Part shown: one piece after another, positions 37,736 through 47,742 of the stretch | Position numbering within the stretch: the first letter of the stretch is position 1 | How the letters are laid out: each line of letters opens with the position of its first letter | Assembly (NCBI GenBank): GCA_036676705.1 | Contig: JAKFCJ010000183.1 | Span: forward strand, 1-63,228 | Length of the DNA stretch: 63,228 bases | Direction of reading: 5' to 3' | From: Bacteroidota bacterium | GTDB taxonomy: Bacteria > Bacteroidota > Bacteroidia > UBA8524 | The notes under the pieces: generated by a model | What the model was told of the DNA's origin: nothing | The model's input: the letters and a program-made list of their open reading frames with translations, nothing else | The model's database searches: none | Position numbers and translations under genes: made by a program

Positions 37736-38761
37736 TCAATCCCGGAGCCGGTAATTCGGGTTCTGTAAAAAGGAGGGGTCCGACAGGGACTTAAGAAAGG
37801 CAATTAGCGCAGCCTTTTCTTCTGGCTTCAGGGTAAATCCGGTTATCAACGGACTTTGGTTCGGTCCTGATTTTCCACCCGAGGCATAATGGTCGATCAC
37901 CGCTTCGAGTGTGGCGATGGAACCATCGTGCATGTATGGTGGAGTGAGTGCCACATTGCGTAAACCCGGAATTTTAAACTTGCCGCTATCCGCCGGCACC
38001 TTGGTAAACCGAGCCCTTCCGGGGTCTTTATACGAAAAATAGAGCCCGTTATTTTCTGGTTCAAAAGTGGTGAAGAAGGGTTCTGAATGGCACTTTACAC
38101 AGTTGGTTTTTGAGGAAATAAAGATCTGGTACCCTTCTTCTTCCTGGGGGGTAAACCTGCTTTTTCCGGTGACCACTTTATCATAGCGGGAATTGGCGCT
38201 GACCAGGGTCCTTTCAAAGGCAGCGATGGAACGGGTAATGGAATAGGGGCCGGGAGCTTGTCCGTAGGCCACACGGCTCAGGGAATCATAATAGGGGATC
38301 AGGCTGAGTGCTTCACCGATATCCACAATATTATGAGCAAACTCATTGTGCTCCTGTATCGGAACCAGGATCTGCATTTCCAGGGTTGGCAGGGAAGCTT
38401 CTCTCAGGTAATGGGGTTGGTAGGCGAGATTAAAAAGTCCGGGAGCATTGCGTGTACCTGGTCGGCCGTATACCCCCGGATTGGTGGCCTTGAGTGTGGC
38501 AAATGCATGTTCTGGCTGATGACAGGAAGCACAACTAATGCTGGAGTCAATGCTTAGAATTGGATCATAAAAAAGCGCTTTTCCTAACTCAATGCGGGCA
38601 CGCGTTGGCTGATTGTCGGCCGGAATGAACGGGGCCGGGAAATGGGCCGGGTACCGGGAAAACCAGTTGTCTTCCATTGGCCCTGTCGTTTCATTTTTTT
38701 CGCATCCCGTTGTCAAAACGAATGCAAGAAAAAGGGTGATAAAAGCCGGACTTTTCATCAA
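37736..38761 (-). CDS. Di-heme cytochrome c peroxidase (MbnH/MauG-like) lipoprotein, paralogue 2
   Basis: Lipobox TTGC; CASCH, CVKCH, LRNVALTPPYMHDG. Confidence 0.9.
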   Translation of the reverse strand: MMKSPAFITLFLAFVLTTGCEKNETTGPMEDNWFSRYPAHFPAPFIPADNQPTRARIELGKALFYDPILSIDSSISCASCHQPEHAFATLKATNPGVYGRPGTRNAPGLFNLAYQPHYLREASLPTLEMQILVPIQEHNEFAHNIVDIGEALSLIPYYDSLSRVAYGQAPGPYSITRSIAAFERTLVSANSRYDKVVTGKSRFTPQEEEGYQIFISSKTNCVKCHSEPFFTTFEPENNGLYFSYKDPGRARFTKVPADSGKFKIPGLRNVALTPPYMHDGSIATLEAVIDHYASGGKSGPNQSPLITGFTLKPEEKAALIAFLKSLSDPSFLQNPNYRLRD

Positions 38762-39843
38762 TGCGGGTCAGAATAGCGCGGGTCGCTGAGCAGGGTAAAG
38801 TCGCTGAGTGTTTTCAAAAAGGCGAGGAGGTCGGCTTTTTCCTGGGCATCCAGCATCAGGCCCGTGCCCATGGTATATTTCAGGGCCGGGTCAAGACTGG
38901 GTGAATTCCGGATGTCATGGTCGTAATGGTCGATCACCTCTTCCAGTGTTTGAAAACGCCCATCGTGCATGTAGGGCGGAGTAAGCGCGACATTGCGAAG
39001 GCTCATTACCTTGAATTTGCCTTTGTCGCCGGCTTTTCCTGTTACGGCTTCACGACCAATATCCAAAATTGCCGATGTGCTATCGAGGCCGTTGTTCATG
39101 TATTGGCTGTTTTCAAAATTTCCACCACTGTGGCAATGTGCACAGTCGGCCCCTGAAATCTCAGGAAAAAAAGGATTGTACTCTGCGAAAAATAGTGCTC
39201 TTCCCCGCTCCTCTTCCGGACTGAGGCTAGCTTTACCGGCAAGATACTGGTCGTATTTACTGCCTACGGAAACGATGCTGTTCATAAACTGTTCAAGAGC
39301 CAGGGAAATGAGGGTCGGGTTAATTTCTTCCGAGCCAAAGGCCTTTTTGAACTGGCTTTTATATACTTCCATTGCGGCCAGCTTACTCACCACATTTGCG
39401 AGGGTCTCGTTCATTTCGAGGGGATCCTGGATCGGCTTGAGCGCCTGGTCCCGCAGGAGATGGGCCCGTCCATCCCAGAAAAATTCATTTTTATGCCAAA
39501 GGGTATTGAACACCGCCATGGCTTGTCTTTTTCCCGGTAAACCTGCAATGCCGATAGAAAAACGGGAGGTATCAGTAAAGGCATGCTGCTGCCGGTGACA
39601 ACCCGCACAACTTTGGGTTCCGTTGCCGGATAGTTGCTTTTCATAAAACAGCATCCTGCCCAACTTAATCCCTTCCCGGGTCAGCGGATTATCCGATGGA
39701 ATTTCAGGAATCGGCAAAGCTCCATATTCCAATACGTAAACGGGATTTTCCGATGTCGTATTGAGCGGTTCATCCTTCGCACAACTGCCGATGAGAAAGA
39801 CTGTTCCCGCTATAATAGCCAATATGCCTAACCGCTTTATCAT
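38758..39843 (-). CDS. Di-heme cytochrome c peroxidase (MbnH-like) lipoprotein, paralogue 1
   Basis: Lipobox IGSC; CAGCH, FFWDGR, CAHCH, PPYMHDG. Confidence 0.92.
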   Translation of the reverse strand: MIKRLGILAIIAGTVFLIGSCAKDEPLNTTSENPVYVLEYGALPIPEIPSDNPLTREGIKLGRMLFYEKQLSGNGTQSCAGCHRQQHAFTDTSRFSIGIAGLPGKRQAMAVFNTLWHKNEFFWDGRAHLLRDQALKPIQDPLEMNETLANVVSKLAAMEVYKSQFKKAFGSEEINPTLISLALEQFMNSIVSVGSKYDQYLAGKASLSPEEERGRALFFAEYNPFFPEISGADCAHCHSGGNFENSQYMNNGLDSTSAILDIGREAVTGKAGDKGKFKVMSLRNVALTPPYMHDGRFQTLEEVIDHYDHDIRNSPSLDPALKYTMGTGLMLDAQEKADLLAFLKTLSDFTLLSDPRYSDPH

Positions 39844-39850
39844 AACTTAA

Positions 39851-39873
39851 CTGAACTCTGAACTCTGATAACT
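39851..39873 (-). repeat. 7-mer array between mbnP and mbnH
   Basis: CTGAACT CTGAACT CTGATAA CT. Confidence 0.7.
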
Positions 39874-39874
39874 T

Positions 39875-40843
39875 TTACGGAGTAATAATCCATTTTATTG
39901 AACGGGTTTCAATCCCGTCATACTCAAGCGCGATCATATAAAATCCGGCACTTTGTGGTTTCAGAACCAATACTTCGGTGATCTGCTCATAGCGGTCAAC
40001 ACATTTGCCCTGTTGGTCATAAACCCGGATGGAGGAGGGGGTCATTCCCTCTTTAAACGAAAGTGTACTGCAGCCCCGGGTGGGATTTGGGAAGAGAACA
40101 GCCTGGGATGGGGTTATTTTGGAGGCAGATAATGCGGAGTTATTTCCTTCGGAAGAAGTAAACACATGGGTCACAAAATTCAGGCTCATGTCGCGGGCTT
40201 CGAGATCATCAGAATGGATCAAAACACCGGAAAGGGTTTCAATGCCATTTAAGGCCTGAGCATAATCAGCATTTAATTCAATGGTTAGGTCATTACCCGT
40301 TTTGATGCCGGCCGTGTTGATCTTGATCTGCATATAGTTGAAATCGCCCAAACTGTGTATCTGTACATCTTTGTCGCGAGCGGCCCCTCCGCTGCCTTCC
40401 AAGGCGATAAACCGGTATCCGGCTTCCCAACCCCAATGCATAGAAGGAGATTTGGGAGCCAGGGGGTGGGAGGGCGAATAGATGCTTGGGTCCAAATGGT
40501 TGAATTCCTGCTCAACACCAATGGCAAAGCGGATCTCTTCCAAGTTGATAATGGCATGGGTTCCTAAAAGGGTATTAATCGGGATAGTTCCTTTGACCAG
40601 GAGCCAGGTATCTGCAATTTCTGTTTTTTGTCCTCCATCATGGATCAATACGATCCCGCTCAAATAATAGTCGAGCCGGCTGAATTTAAAGGGGTCACCT
40701 TCGGGAGTTTCCGTGTTTTTGTTAAGGGCAAATGTGGAATCTCCCATTTTATGGTTTATTTTCAGGTAAACATTCGTTTGAGCGCTGAGACTCCCTGAAA
40801 GCAACATAACGAGGAGGGATAACAGGAGTAAGGGTTTTTTCAT
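39875..40843 (-). CDS. MbnP-family protein fused to a T9SS type A CTD
   Basis: YYLSGIVL, NHLDPS...HPL...MHWGWEAGYRF (WxW motif); C-terminal LFPNPT...VYDQQGK...GFYMI; start at 40843. Confidence 0.85.
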   Translation of the reverse strand: MKKPLLLLSLLVMLLSGSLSAQTNVYLKINHKMGDSTFALNKNTETPEGDPFKFSRLDYYLSGIVLIHDGGQKTEIADTWLLVKGTIPINTLLGTHAIINLEEIRFAIGVEQEFNHLDPSIYSPSHPLAPKSPSMHWGWEAGYRFIALEGSGGAARDKDVQIHSLGDFNYMQIKINTAGIKTGNDLTIELNADYAQALNGIETLSGVLIHSDDLEARDMSLNFVTHVFTSSEGNNSALSASKITPSQAVLFPNPTRGCSTLSFKEGMTPSSIRVYDQQGKCVDRYEQITEVLVLKPQSAGFYMIALEYDGIETRSIKWIITP

Positions 40844-40888
40844 ACAAGAAAAGGTTAGGGATTCGATCAAATTTAGGACTTTTTTCAA

Positions 40889-42232
40889 CTAAATCATACC
40901 CCTGGCTTTTAACTCGAGGTAACGGTTGATGGTATTTAGGGTAAGGTCGGCCGGACTGCTCAACAAAGAAAGAATGCCGTTTTTCCTGAGTTCGGCCACG
41001 ATCTGTTCTTTTTCAAAACGCACTTTTTCGGCCACCATTTTTCGATAGACGTCGTGGGTATTTTTGGCTTTTTTATGGATGAGTTCCAGGGTCTCCGTGT
41101 TTTCAAAGAATACGACCAATACAAGGTGGTTTTTTGCCATGGCTTTGATATAAGGCAGGCGTCTTTGCATGGAGGAGACCGTATCGAAATTCGTGAAGAG
41201 GATAAGCAGGGAACGGTGGGTAACCTGATGTTTAAGTTTCAGGTAGAGGCGTTCATAATCAGATTCCAGGAAACGGGTAGACTGCCGGTAGAGTAATTCC
41301 TGGAACTGCAGCATATGGCCTGATTTTCTGCTGGCTGGTAACATCTGTACCTGTTCTTCATCGAAGGTGATGAGTCCGGCTTTGTCGTATTTTTTAATGG
41401 CAATATTGGCCAGTACCAGCGAGGCATTGATGGCATGGTCGAGCAGGGTCATGTTTTCAAAGGGCTGGTTCATGACCCTGCCTTTATCAAGAATACAATA
41501 TACCTGTTGAGAGCGTTCATCCTGAAACAAATTGGCCATTAGTTTGCCTCTGCGGGCGGTTGCTTTCCAGTTGATGGTCCGGAAATCGTCGCCGGGAACA
41601 TAGTCTTTGATCTTTTCAAACTCCGAATGCTGGCCGATACGCCTGATCTTTTTAATACCGGAATCGATCAGGGTATTGCTGATGGCCAGGTATTCGTACT
41701 TGAGCATGGAGAGGTAAGAAGGGTAGACTACAATTTCCTGGGGTGTTCCGCAGCGTATTCTTCGCTGAACCAGTCCGGCTCCCATGCTCGCCAACACCTG
41801 GATATAGCCAAATGAGTATGCACCACGGCGGGTCGGACGATAAGTATAGAGGATGGTTTGGCTTTCGCCGGCCTTCAGCGATAGAGATCGATAAAAGTCG
41901 CGTACCTGCCATTCAGGCGGAAGTTCATCATAGACTTCAAGCTGGCACGGAAAGGCAAAATGCGACCGGAGGTTTATACGTATCGGATTTTCATCGCCAT
42001 TGCTGAATTTGGTGGCCAGGGTCCTGTTGGCTTCGATCCCTTTTCCGGTGTATAAAAAAACCAGTTCAGCGATCACGATCATACAAAAAAGGATGAACAG
42101 GATCTTACTCACCAGGAATAGCCAGGGGAGGATAAACGACAGGGTAAAAAGCAACACCAGAACCCCGATACCGATAAAAAACCGGGGACTTAAAAACAGG
42201 GAGGAGTAAGCTTGTTTGAGCGGGTTTATCAC
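40889..42232 (-). CDS. DUF58 domain protein
   Basis: EFEKIKDYVPGDDFRTINWKATARR; GTG start overlapping the moxR stop codon. Confidence 0.9.
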   Translation of the reverse strand: MINPLKQAYSSLFLSPRFFIGIGVLVLLFTLSFILPWLFLVSKILFILFCMIVIAELVFLYTGKGIEANRTLATKFSNGDENPIRINLRSHFAFPCQLEVYDELPPEWQVRDFYRSLSLKAGESQTILYTYRPTRRGAYSFGYIQVLASMGAGLVQRRIRCGTPQEIVVYPSYLSMLKYEYLAISNTLIDSGIKKIRRIGQHSEFEKIKDYVPGDDFRTINWKATARRGKLMANLFQDERSQQVYCILDKGRVMNQPFENMTLLDHAINASLVLANIAIKKYDKAGLITFDEEQVQMLPASRKSGHMLQFQELLYRQSTRFLESDYERLYLKLKHQVTHRSLLILFTNFDTVSSMQRRLPYIKAMAKNHLVLVVFFENTETLELIHKKAKNTHDVYRKMVAEKVRFEKEQIVAELRKNGILSLLSSPADLTLNTINRYLELKARGMI

Positions 42233-43203
42233 TATCTCGGAACTTCTACCTGGTTGAGTAAACTTTGAATAAGTTCGTCGGGCTGTATGCCTTCCATTTC
42301 TTTTTCCGGACTCAATAAAATACGGTGGCGCAAAACAGGCAAGGCGCAATATTTTACATCTTCCGGTGTAATAAAATCGCGACCTTTCATTGCTGCAAGC
42401 GCTTTGGAGGCATTCAACAGCGCCACACCTGCACGTGGAGAAGCGCCAATGAAGATGCCGTTAAACTGGCGGCTTCCGCGGATAATTCCGCTGATATATG
42501 CCAGGAGTTCGGGACGGGCTTCAACCTGCCGGATGAGTTTCCTCACTTCCATAAGCTGGGCACCGCTCAATATAGCCTGAATATCACTCAAAGGATCTTT
42601 CCCTGTTGCGTGCTGGTGCATGGCCAATATATTCATCTCCGCACTTTCATCGGGATAACCCACATGAATTTTCATCATAAAACGATCAAGCTGGGCCTCC
42701 GGTAATCGGTAAGTTCCTTCATGTTCGATCGGGTTTTGTGTAGCCAGCACCATAAAAGGTTCCTGAAGCGGGATGCTGTGCCCGTCGACGCTTACCTGGT
42801 ATTCTTCCATCACCTCAAAAAGGGCGGCCTGGGTTTTCGCCGGGGCCCGGTTGATCTCATCGATCAATACCAGATTCGAATAGATCGGTCCTTTCCGCAA
42901 CTCGAAATCCTGGGTTTTTTGGTTATAGATGGTCGTACCCAGCACGTCGGATGGCATGAGGTCAGGGGTAAACTGGATTCGGCTGAAATCAGCGCCGATA
43001 CATCGGGCGAGCGCTTTGGCCGCCATGGTCTTTGCCACGCCGGGAACGCCTTCTATCAATACATGCCCTCTGCCAAAAAGGGCAATGAGGAGCTGGGTAA
43101 TGAGTTCATTCTGGCCCAGGATATGGCTGGCCATTTGTTCTTCCAACCGGGTGATCTGCTGCTGCAATTCACCCAGGTCTAATCGTTGTTCAAATTCATT
43201 CAT
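42232..43203 (-). CDS. MoxR family AAA+ ATPase
   Basis: GHVLIEGVPGVAKT, RIQFTPDLMPSD, DEINRAPAKTQAAL, ATQNPIE. Confidence 0.96.
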   Translation of the reverse strand: MNEFEQRLDLGELQQQITRLEEQMASHILGQNELITQLLIALFGRGHVLIEGVPGVAKTMAAKALARCIGADFSRIQFTPDLMPSDVLGTTIYNQKTQDFELRKGPIYSNLVLIDEINRAPAKTQAALFEVMEEYQVSVDGHSIPLQEPFMVLATQNPIEHEGTYRLPEAQLDRFMMKIHVGYPDESAEMNILAMHQHATGKDPLSDIQAILSGAQLMEVRKLIRQVEARPELLAYISGIIRGSRQFNGIFIGASPRAGVALLNASKALAAMKGRDFITPEDVKYCALPVLRHRILLSPEKEMEGIQPDELIQSLLNQVEVPR

Positions 43204-44377
43204 GGTAGGGGTATTTACCTGTTTGTGCGTAAAAATCTTCTAAATGGGTATTCAGGCGACCGAGAAACTCCGGACTGATCTGTGTAAATTTATCCATCGC
43301 CAGGATCATTTCTTTTAGTTTATGGATGGTAACTTCTTTCACTCCCGATTTCTGTTGGAGTTTGGTCCAAAAGTCGGTTTCGTGTTCATGGAGCAAAAAA
43401 AGCAGCTGAACGTTATGATAAAAATAGCGGATCTTCTTTTTAGCCACATCAATATGATTTCCTTCCTGAAAATAAAGGTCACCGATGGTTTCGATAAATT
43501 CAAGTGTTTTATTTTCGGGTTCAGGGAGGATGGGAATGGCACGCTGGCGGCGCCTGGCAAAAAAGAATAGTGCGAGTAGGGTACCCGTTAACAAAAGGGT
43601 CCAGGCGTAATCGAGCGCTTTATTTTGTTGGATCAACTGGAACGGACTCTGGTCTTTTGCGCGGAAAAAGGGTTTGTAATAATCATCCCAGATGGTTTCC
43701 TGTTTCGGTAGGTACGAGAGACATCGGGCTGCGTATTGCGGGTTTTCAAGAAAATGGATATTCGTAAATACCCTTGGAGCCAGATGCAGGAATATGTTTC
43801 CGTTCCGATAAGGTATCTGCACAAAATTTACCAGGCTATCCTTTCCGCTGATGCCAAGAATGCTCCCTTCAAAATCGTCGCCGGGGATAAATGTGACATT
43901 GGCCTGCAGGTTTGAAAATAAAGCGGTTTCCTTTTCGTAGCGTGGATTAACGAGCCTGAAAGCGCTGCTGCTATCCTGATTCCAGGAAAAAGTAAGTTTA
44001 TCGGTCAGGTTCAATTCTTCAATGAGCCCATCTGTCAATGATTCATTGGCAATAAAGACCTGATTACCCCTCCCGGCGAATTCGAGTAGCAGATCCTGGT
44101 CGACCTCCCCGAATTCCATATGGTTGCTGATAATGATGAGGTTTTTCCCAACTCCTTTTGAATCCAGCCATTCACTAAAGGGGCGGTCGTTCCGGGAAAT
44201 TTCATCTTCCGGAAAAAGCTGGGGCAACTGATCAAAGAGCAAATAGGTTCCATAGGGGATCTTGTCCTCCGGAGCGTAGGTCTCTCTCCAGTCGATCTCC
44301 TCCGTATGGGCATAATAACTCAATCCGAAGAGGAAAAGGATGAAAAAAAGAAACCAATAGTTCTTTAGTTTAGCCAT
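43196..44377 (-). CDS. DUF4350-like membrane protein
   Basis: DWRETY...DKIPYGTY, C-terminal TM followed by RRRQRAIP...TLEFIETIG; operon context. Confidence 0.75.
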   Translation of the reverse strand: MAKLKNYWFLFFILFLFGLSYYAHTEEIDWRETYAPEDKIPYGTYLLFDQLPQLFPEDEISRNDRPFSEWLDSKGVGKNLIIISNHMEFGEVDQDLLLEFAGRGNQVFIANESLTDGLIEELNLTDKLTFSWNQDSSSAFRLVNPRYEKETALFSNLQANVTFIPGDDFEGSILGISGKDSLVNFVQIPYRNGNIFLHLAPRVFTNIHFLENPQYAARCLSYLPKQETIWDDYYKPFFRAKDQSPFQLIQQNKALDYAWTLLLTGTLLALFFFARRRQRAIPILPEPENKTLEFIETIGDLYFQEGNHIDVAKKKIRYFYHNVQLLFLLHEHETDFWTKLQQKSGVKEVTIHKLKEMILAMDKFTQISPEFLGRLNTHLEDFYAQTGKYPYHE

Positions 44378-45089
44378 TGGATGGATCTCCTTTCCCGCCC
44401 TTTAGCAGTAGTTCGTACAATGTTTTGGCAGCCCGGTAGTCCTCTTCCCGGATCGGGTATCCTCCGTACTGGGTATATGCGAATAGTTCGCTCAGTTCCT
44501 GAAAGGGTCCACGTTGCCAGCGTTCTTTCAGCTCATTGAGGTAATCGCTGTTGGTTTTTTCTTTTTTCCATTCGATGCTGTTGACTTCTTTCAGATAGTA
44601 AAGGGTTTTTATAAACAGGTACCTGAGAGCCAGCGGGAAATTTTTATCCCTTTCCGCCTCCTGCCACTGTTTGTCAAGCTCTGAATTACTTCCTTCAAAA
44701 TCAAGGAACTGAACTTGCGGAATGTCCTGACCTTTTGACGTGATCAATCGGGATCGGCTGATCCTGGAAAGATAAAAGATCAGGATACCCAAAGCGATAA
44801 GTACCAGAATGAATAAGAAGGACTTGTAAGCAAGCTTTACATCACCCGGAGTGTAGTTGCCGAATAATTTTTCCAAAAGCCAGGCCGTGAATCTTTCAAG
44901 CAGATTAGGCTTTTCGATCAGCTCACGCTGGTATTGAAAATCTTTATCCTGCGCATATTCATTGAGGGCAAGGGTGTCGACTTTTCTCTCCATGACCCAG
45001 CCCGAATCATAATATTCGACCGGGTTCACCTGGGACCAGACCGGGGCGGCAAATAAAAGAAACAAAAGCAGGGAAACCAGGTATTTCAT
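44370..45089 (-). CDS. DUF4129-like membrane protein
   Basis: ALRYLF...IEWKKEKTNSDYLNEL...F.YTQYGG. Confidence 0.75.
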   Translation of the reverse strand: MKYLVSLLLFLLFAAPVWSQVNPVEYYDSGWVMERKVDTLALNEYAQDKDFQYQRELIEKPNLLERFTAWLLEKLFGNYTPGDVKLAYKSFLFILVLIALGILIFYLSRISRSRLITSKGQDIPQVQFLDFEGSNSELDKQWQEAERDKNFPLALRYLFIKTLYYLKEVNSIEWKKEKTNSDYLNELKERWQRGPFQELSELFAYTQYGGYPIREEDYRAAKTLYELLLKGGKGDPSNG

Positions 45090-45997
45090 GAGTAGGTGGA
45101 AAGCGGACTTTCTTCCGAGAGGTGTTCAACCCGCGCTTTCAGGCTAACTTTTTCAATACGTTCCACATTGCTCAGGTAAAAGGCGGTGAAGCTCAGGCTG
45201 AGGAAGAAGGTTGTGAAAAAACTCAGGATGGTACTCAAATTTTGAAAGAGCAGGATCAACCAGAGGTTCTCTTCCGAAAAGATGTCTTCTATACCGACAT
45301 TTCCTCCCAGCAGGGTGCCAATGAGTCCAACAAAGGCTGGTAGCAGGATAAAGCCCGAAACAACCATATACGAGCAGATCAACAGGGCAATAGCCTGGAG
45401 CCACTGTTTTTTAAGGAGCTTGAATGCACGGTCTAATGAATCGAACAACCCTTTCCTTTCAAACAGGTAGATTACTGTCCATACCTGGGTTAAGGCAACA
45501 AGCCCAATGACTACAGCGATGGTTACAGGAATTAATATTACGGTGAATACCAGTAAAAAGCTGACTGCCGCCATAAATCCGATGATGACGAAGATCACGA
45601 TATTTGTCAAAAGCAACCACCAGCCATGGGCAAAAACCTTGGCCCAGATGTCGTTCCACTGAAAATTCTCAGGGCCTTTTTCATTATAGAGCTGCACATA
45701 ATACACCGTGCCCCAAAAGAGGGTACAATAGGTAATGTAAATGGCTATGTAGGCAAATACCATGTTCCAACCCAAGGAGTTTGCCGGCTGTCCCAATGCC
45801 GGGTCAAAACCTTTCCATACATCGGCAGAGCCCAGGTAGTAAAAGGTGCTGGCCATAAGCATCAGGGGCAGACTCATTAAACCAATAGTACGGAACATAT
45901 GTTTCCAGTGACGGCGAACCAGGTTAGCGGCAAAGCCCATCATCTGGCCCATGTCTCTTATTTTATAGAGTTCTAGTTTGGCTTGATCTTGATTCAT
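45086..45997 (-). CDS. Multi-pass membrane protein of the MoxR/SpoIIM cluster
   Basis: About 6 hydrophobic helices; overlaps both neighbours. Confidence 0.75.
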   Translation of the reverse strand: MNQDQAKLELYKIRDMGQMMGFAANLVRRHWKHMFRTIGLMSLPLMLMASTFYYLGSADVWKGFDPALGQPANSLGWNMVFAYIAIYITYCTLFWGTVYYVQLYNEKGPENFQWNDIWAKVFAHGWWLLLTNIVIFVIIGFMAAVSFLLVFTVILIPVTIAVVIGLVALTQVWTVIYLFERKGLFDSLDRAFKLLKKQWLQAIALLICSYMVVSGFILLPAFVGLIGTLLGGNVGIEDIFSEENLWLILLFQNLSTILSFFTTFFLSLSFTAFYLSNVERIEKVSLKARVEHLSEESPLSTYS

Positions 45998-46940
45998 AAC
46001 GATGTTTCATATAAGGGAGGTACACAAAATACCAAAACACAAACCCCACAGAGAGGATAATGCAAGGCAAACTCAACCAGCTTACTTTATAAAAGCGGGT
46101 GACAAACCCTTCAAGAAAGCCGGCTACGATAAAGAAGGGGATCAGCCCGACGATAATTTTTAAACCATCTTTGGCCGTGTCGCGAAAGCGGGTTATGCGG
46201 GAATAGGTGCCGGGAAATAAAAATCCGCTGCTTAAATGGATGCCCGCTCCCCCGGCAACCACGATGGCTGTAATTTCAATGGTTCCATGTACCCAGATCG
46301 CCTGGGCGGATAAACCAAGTACCCCTTCCTGGTAAAAAAAGTATTGAAAGCAGCCGAGCATGATGCCGTTTTTAAGCAAAAATCCAGCAGTGCCCAAAGG
46401 ACTTAGTAATCCGAATAAAAAAGCGTAAAACGACACGAGTATGTTGTTCTGCGTGATCTCCAGGAACATCAGGTCCTGCCGTTCGCCACTATAAATGGCC
46501 ATGGGGTCTTTGTTCTCGATATTGGCCAGGGTCAGGTCAACATAGGCATCGCCCATGATGATCCTGGCAAAATCGGGATTGTAGCGCATGCTCACGATGC
46601 CAATCACTACCGCTATAAGAAAAATGAGCGAGGAAGTCAGCATGGCATAACGTACCCGGTACATGGTTTCAGGGATCTCTTCGAGCCAAAAGCGCATGAA
46701 CCTTCCCTTGTCTTCGCGTTTATTCCGATAGATCCGCTGATGGAAGAAAAGAGCGAGTTCGTTTAAAAAGGCTGTGGTTTTTGATTTCGGATAAAAGGTA
46801 CGGCTATAGGCCAGATCGTCAGAAAGTTCGATATACATCTCTGCCAATTCATCAGGTTCCTTTTTGGTGCGGTTCTGAACGATTGCTTCCAATTCCTCCC
46901 AACGCTTTTTCCGTAATTTAATAAACCGTGCTTCTTTCAT
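45963..46940 (-). CDS. Stage II sporulation protein M (DUF95) family membrane protein
   Basis: MKEARFI, DDLAYSRTFYP, IWVHGTIEI, AGFLEGFVT. Confidence 0.9.
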   Translation of the reverse strand: MKEARFIKLRKKRWEELEAIVQNRTKKEPDELAEMYIELSDDLAYSRTFYPKSKTTAFLNELALFFHQRIYRNKREDKGRFMRFWLEEIPETMYRVRYAMLTSSLIFLIAVVIGIVSMRYNPDFARIIMGDAYVDLTLANIENKDPMAIYSGERQDLMFLEITQNNILVSFYAFLFGLLSPLGTAGFLLKNGIMLGCFQYFFYQEGVLGLSAQAIWVHGTIEITAIVVAGGAGIHLSSGFLFPGTYSRITRFRDTAKDGLKIIVGLIPFFIVAGFLEGFVTRFYKVSWLSLPCIILSVGFVFWYFVYLPYMKHRYESRSSQTRTL

Positions 46941-47007
46941 TACCGCTTCTCCAAAAATGCACATTTATTTGAAATAAATAAGCCTTAGCTGTATTATTGA
47001 ATGCACG

Positions 47008-47742
47008 ATGGACGAAAACTTACACATACGCACAAGTACCGGGGTTGACCTCAGCTTTGAATTGGCCAGTCTGGGTGACAGGATACTCGCCTGGTTTTTA
47101 GACATGCTGCTGATCGTTTCGTATTTTATTATCGTTGCCATGTCGGTGGCAAGCTATATGGATGCGGATGGTACGAACGCCCAGGTGGCCATGTTCCTTT
47201 TAATGCTTCCCATTCTGTTTTACCATTTTTTATCGGAAACGTTAATGAATGGGCAAAGCATAGGCAAAAGGGCCAGAAATATACAGGTTGTGAGGCTCGA
47301 CGGACAGCAGGCCACAATTGGAAATTATGCCATGAGGGCGTTGGTACGCCTGTTAGAGGTCACTATTTTACAAGGTTCATTGGCCATGTTGTTCATTGTG
47401 GGGAATAAGTACGGACAACGTTTGGGTGATGTGGCTGCCGGCACCACCGTAGTGAAGATAAAAAAACAAAACAGCATGAAAGAGTCGCTCTTTCGTGATG
47501 TGCCCGAAACACACCAGATCCGCTATCCGGAAGCTGTCCGGTTATCGAATGATGATGCCGAAACGCTTGGCCTTTTGCTCTACGAATTAAAGAAGAGCAG
47601 AAATGAAATGGTCCTGATGAAATTGGCTCAGGATGCCCGAAAACGTTTGGCTGCACGGCTGGGAATTGACAGTCCGGTGCATGATCTTGATTTTTTAAAC
47701 GGGATACTCGACGATTATAATTACTTGCAAACGCGGGTTTAG
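47008..47742 (+). CDS. RDD family protein
   Basis: [32 protein letters not shown]. Confidence 0.92.
   Translation: MDENLHIRTSTGVDLSFELASLGDRILAWFLDMLLIVSYFIIVAMSVASYMDADGTNAQVAMFLLMLPILFYHFLSETLMNGQSIGKRARNIQVVRLDGQQATIGNYAMRALVRLLEVTILQGSLAMLFIVGNKYGQRLGDVAAGTTVVKIKKQNSMKESLFRDVPETHQIRYPEAVRLSNDDAETLGLLLYELKKSRNEMVLMKLAQDARKRLAARLGIDSPVHDLDFLNGILDDYNYLQTRV

Noticed and set aside
37736-40843. Methanobactin biosynthetic cluster
   Set aside because: No mbnA precursor, mbnB/C or mbnT; only the MbnP/MbnH module is present.
45963-46940. Sporulation function of the SpoIIM-family gene
   Set aside because: It is part of the widespread RDD-SpoIIM-DUF4129-DUF4350-MoxR-DUF58 cluster found in non-sporulating bacteria.
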